64,000 bases of DNA. It comes from Peribolospora baueri. Lineage: Eukaryota. Numbering within the stretch: the stretch's first letter is position 1; each line of letters starts with the position of its first letter. Below the pieces are notes generated by a model that did no database searches, was not told the origin of the DNA, and worked only from the letters and a program-made list of their open reading frames with translations. This document shows positions 59,663 through 64,000 of the stretch, piece by piece. The position numbers and the translations under genes were made by a program. The stretch lies in contig JAMDHS010000006.1 of assembly GCA_029717555.1 (NCBI GenBank), positions 1 to 64,000 on the forward strand, in the 5' to 3' direction.

Positions 59663-61191
59663 ATGGCCGACGAGCTGGACGACGACTTTCTTCTGGAGGA
59701 TTCTCTGGTAGCGGACGAGGTTGTGGAGAGCGACGCCGAGTCCGAGGACGGGGTCTCGGCGGTTCCGTTGGAAGACGGGGAGGACGCGTTCGAGGTGGGC
59801 AGCTCGAGGGAGGATGAAGGAAGTGAAGGCGAAGCGGACGAGTACGATGAGCCGGAGGAAAGCAAGGTGGCTACCGGCGTGGGGGAAAGGGGAATTCTGA
59901 CGGAAGAGGAGGAGCGAAGGCTGAACAAGAAGAGGAAGAGGAAGGAAAAGGAAAAGGAGCGCAAGGCCAAGGTGATCCAAGTCTCTCTTTTATATTATCC
60001 CTTAGGACGGCATCCACCGCCCTTCTCCTCCTCGACTAACATCCCATCCGTCTCTACCCTCCTCCAGAGAGCCGCCATTTTACCCACCCCATCCAGCACG
60101 ACCTCCATTTCCGCTCAACCAGCCGACCTCCAGGCCGACTTTGTCGCCGAAAAGCAACGCCAGGCTTTTCCCCAGCTGAGCAGCATGGAGCTCGACGAGC
60201 TTCGAATAGGAGGTGAGTCGAGTAAACCTTTACACTCTTCTTCCCTCGTCGTTTTCTCTGTGGCGGAGATAGGCCAAGGTACTGACGTTGACATCGACGT
60301 CGTTGGTCAGAGCGAAGTCTCCTTGACACATCCGACTTTAGAAACGCACGGGACCTCGCCTCGCTGGCTGGGTTTGTTCGAAGGTGTGAGTCGACGGAGA
60401 AAGGAGTTCTTTTTCTTTGACAGAGCTCTTCTTTTTTTTTGCTCCTCTCCCCTCTCCCGTTCTCCCTGGTTGCTGACCCATCATCTACATCTCTCCTTAT
60501 GGTCCCCGCTTGCGCAGACCTCCCCAACCTCCGCTCCACCTTATCTGACCGTACATCCCCTCCGAACACCCAGCCAGGAACGCCTTGCCTCTTGGTCATC
60601 TCTAGTAATGCGCAGAGGGTTGCCGACCTCTCCCGCGCGCTCAAGGCGCTTGGCCCGCCAGCTTCGGCTTCGGGCGGATTCGATAAAGGTGCGAGCGCGG
60701 AGGGGGCCAAGGGGAAGAAGGGAAAGAAGGGAGACAAGGATGGGAATGGGGTTCAAGAGAGCGCTGGAGGGCGCGTCATGGTCGCCAAACTCTTTGCGCG
60801 GCACTTTAAGGTAAAGGAACATGAGCAATGGCTCCGGACCAACGTCTGTCCACTGGCTGCGGGCACGCCGGGTAGGGTGCTCAAGCTTATTGAAGGCGGT
60901 GAGTGTTGCGTCGTCGGCGTCTTCATCCCTTCGTCATCATGTAGCGCATTTTTATCAAGCAGCGCGAGCTGACCTTCTCCATGCTCGTGGATCCGACGAC
61001 GCGTATCAGGCTCCCTGTCCGTCGACCATCTTCCCGCCATCCTCATCGACACCACCTTTGTCGACGCGAAAGAGCGCAACATCTTCGGCGTGCCCGAGAC
61101 GAGGGACGAGCTATTTCGCTTGCTCGCCGATCCCCGGATCAGGAAGCGACTGTCGGGAAAGGAAGGAGGTGTCAAGGTGGTCTTGTTTTAA
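59663..61191 (+). CDS. CMS1: Cms1/CMSS1 90S pre-ribosome factor, multi-exon
   Basis: MADELDDDF, LSSMELDEL, LVISSNAQRVADL, VAKLFARHFKVKEH, GTPGRVLKLI, IDTTFVDAKERNIF..PETR. Confidence 0.87.
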
Positions 61192-61407
61192 GATGGGTGG
61201 TGTTCCGTCCGGGATCACGGGTGCTTATCTGGAGAATGAGTGAAGCGACGAGGAAACGAGGAAGGAGGATAGAGCAAAGAGGGCTTTGCATCCGCGATGC
61301 TGTACAAGTACACGAGGCTCAGTCCGGAGGGGGGGAGCAGGTTCGACCCGACCCACGGACCAATTCTATATCGAGGGAAAAGGAGAAGAGACGGGGCTAT
61401 CCGCAGC

Positions 61408-62062
61408 TTAGAATCCTTTCGGGTTCTCGCGGAGCGTAACTCTTGTCCATTTCGGTACCTGGACAGTGTCGCGATGGAAGGAAGAGTTCGGGTGTGATCA
61501 GTCAGTCAGTTGAACGCACGCCTATCCAGAGGCTTGGGGCGTCTTAGTGGTGCCAAATACGGCGTAGCCCACCTTGTGAACCGACTTGCGATAGTTGGCA
61601 GCGCTGCGAGTGAACGTCGTGTACTTGTCCTGCGCAGGCATCTCGTGCTCCTTGGGAAGGGCGAGAGCGCGGTTCTGCGTCATTCAAGGGTGAGTGAAGT
61701 CAGAAGTACGGCTTCGAATGGGTCCGGTTTCTCGTCCCTTGGGAGGAGCGGCCCTTAACTTTAAACAGTATGGAGGGCGAACACGATACTTACCAAGGCC
61801 TCGCACTGGACACCGCTCTCTCTGACCGCCTCAATGACGGCATCCACGTTGCGGAGCCGTTCGCGCACGCGGGCTTTTCGCGTCGCTGAGAGTCGCCATG
61901 GGTTTTTCCTGCGCAAGAAAAGGTAGGGAAGGTGGAATGGTGCCGTTCAAGACGCCTGCGTGCAGCACCAGACACTCCTCAATCAGTATGGGGACGAAAT
62001 TGCTCCGCTCACCACAACAGGCCGCCCAAAGAGACGGAGGAAGGCCTAAAAGCACCGAACAT
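61408..62062 (-). CDS. MRPL31: Mitochondrial ribosomal protein L31 (mL60), 4 exons, absent from the ORF track
   Basis: MFGAFRPSSVSLGGLLW|KNPWRLSATRKARVRERLRNVDAVIEAV..|..LPKEHEMPAQDKYTTF..YRKSVHK|VPKWTRVTLRENPKGF*. Confidence 0.9.
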
Positions 62063-62543
62063 GGTCGTTCTTGGTCGGAATCGAAGGGACGGACGCTCAG
62101 GTCAGTGCCGAGAAGACCAGCGGTCGGTCCAAAGCGGGGATAAGCCGGATTTGTCGGACCCACCCCTGTGGTTGGCCACGTGGTTTTGCAAGGTTGAAGT
62201 CTTCGTCCGGCTCCGGCTCGGAAGTTCGCTGGCAAGGCTGCAAAAGGGATTCGCGAAGCTGGCTCGCCTCCCCTTCGGACGACCACCATCCGACGCTCCC
62301 ATCTTCTGCTCTCCTCTCTTCTCCTCTCTCGCTTCTAGGGTCTTGACTCTCTTCCTCTCTCCTTCTTTGCCTGTTGTCTCCACTCCCCCACCAGACAGCC
62401 GAGCGCATTCGATCAAGCCGCGCGCTACAAGGCAGCTCTCTCCAACGTCGGTCCATGCCCGTTAGCCTGAGAGCTCGATAGGCCAAGGATCTCCACCCTT
62501 CGTTGATAGATAGACATTAGGAACAATAGGACGGATAGAAACA

Positions 62544-64000
<1,457 letters not shown>

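Noticed and set aside
59444..59980. N-terminal extension of the 586-aa MRM2 ORF
   Set aside because: Antisense to the acidic first exon of CMS1; FtsJ similarity begins only downstream
61786..61794. ATACTTACC resembling the U1 snRNA 5' end
   Set aside because: It is the reverse complement of an MRPL31 intron donor (G|GTAAGTAT); no U1 stem-loops or Sm site follow

Overview
Gene-dense, GC-rich, intron-rich eukaryotic DNA with many simple-sequence repeats. Intron signals (GTGAG/GTRAG...CTGAC...YAG) and protein similarities point to a basidiomycete fungus; the species cannot be named from sequence alone. I reconstructed about 25 protein-coding loci by eye, most of them spliced: GH25 lysozyme, UTP25, ATG22, an ACU-type P-type ATPase, a CE4 deacetylase, a cation-chloride cotransporter, NDUFB11, NDUFB10, PCM1, Tat-SF1/CUS2, OST4, QCR8, PPIL2, TUM1, VPS20, a 7-TM protein, a secreted alpha/beta hydrolase, a HAD hydrolase, a Zn-finger protein, a large alpha/beta hydrolase, MRM2, CMS1, MRPL31 and a partial SERCA ATPase. 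The strongest non-routine signals are four: a 100-bp-arm near-perfect inverted repeat inside a decayed element (4102-4341); a ~310-nt structured H/ACA-like RNA (31060-31371); a multi-Zn-finger gene resembling the C-terminus of DUF3435 tyrosine recombinases but with no visible recombinase domain (49088-50398); and a ~33-38-nt element shared by the 3' UTRs of two unrelated genes, starting 8 nt after each stop codon. All gene models and family assignments come from manual reading and recalled motifs; no database search was run.
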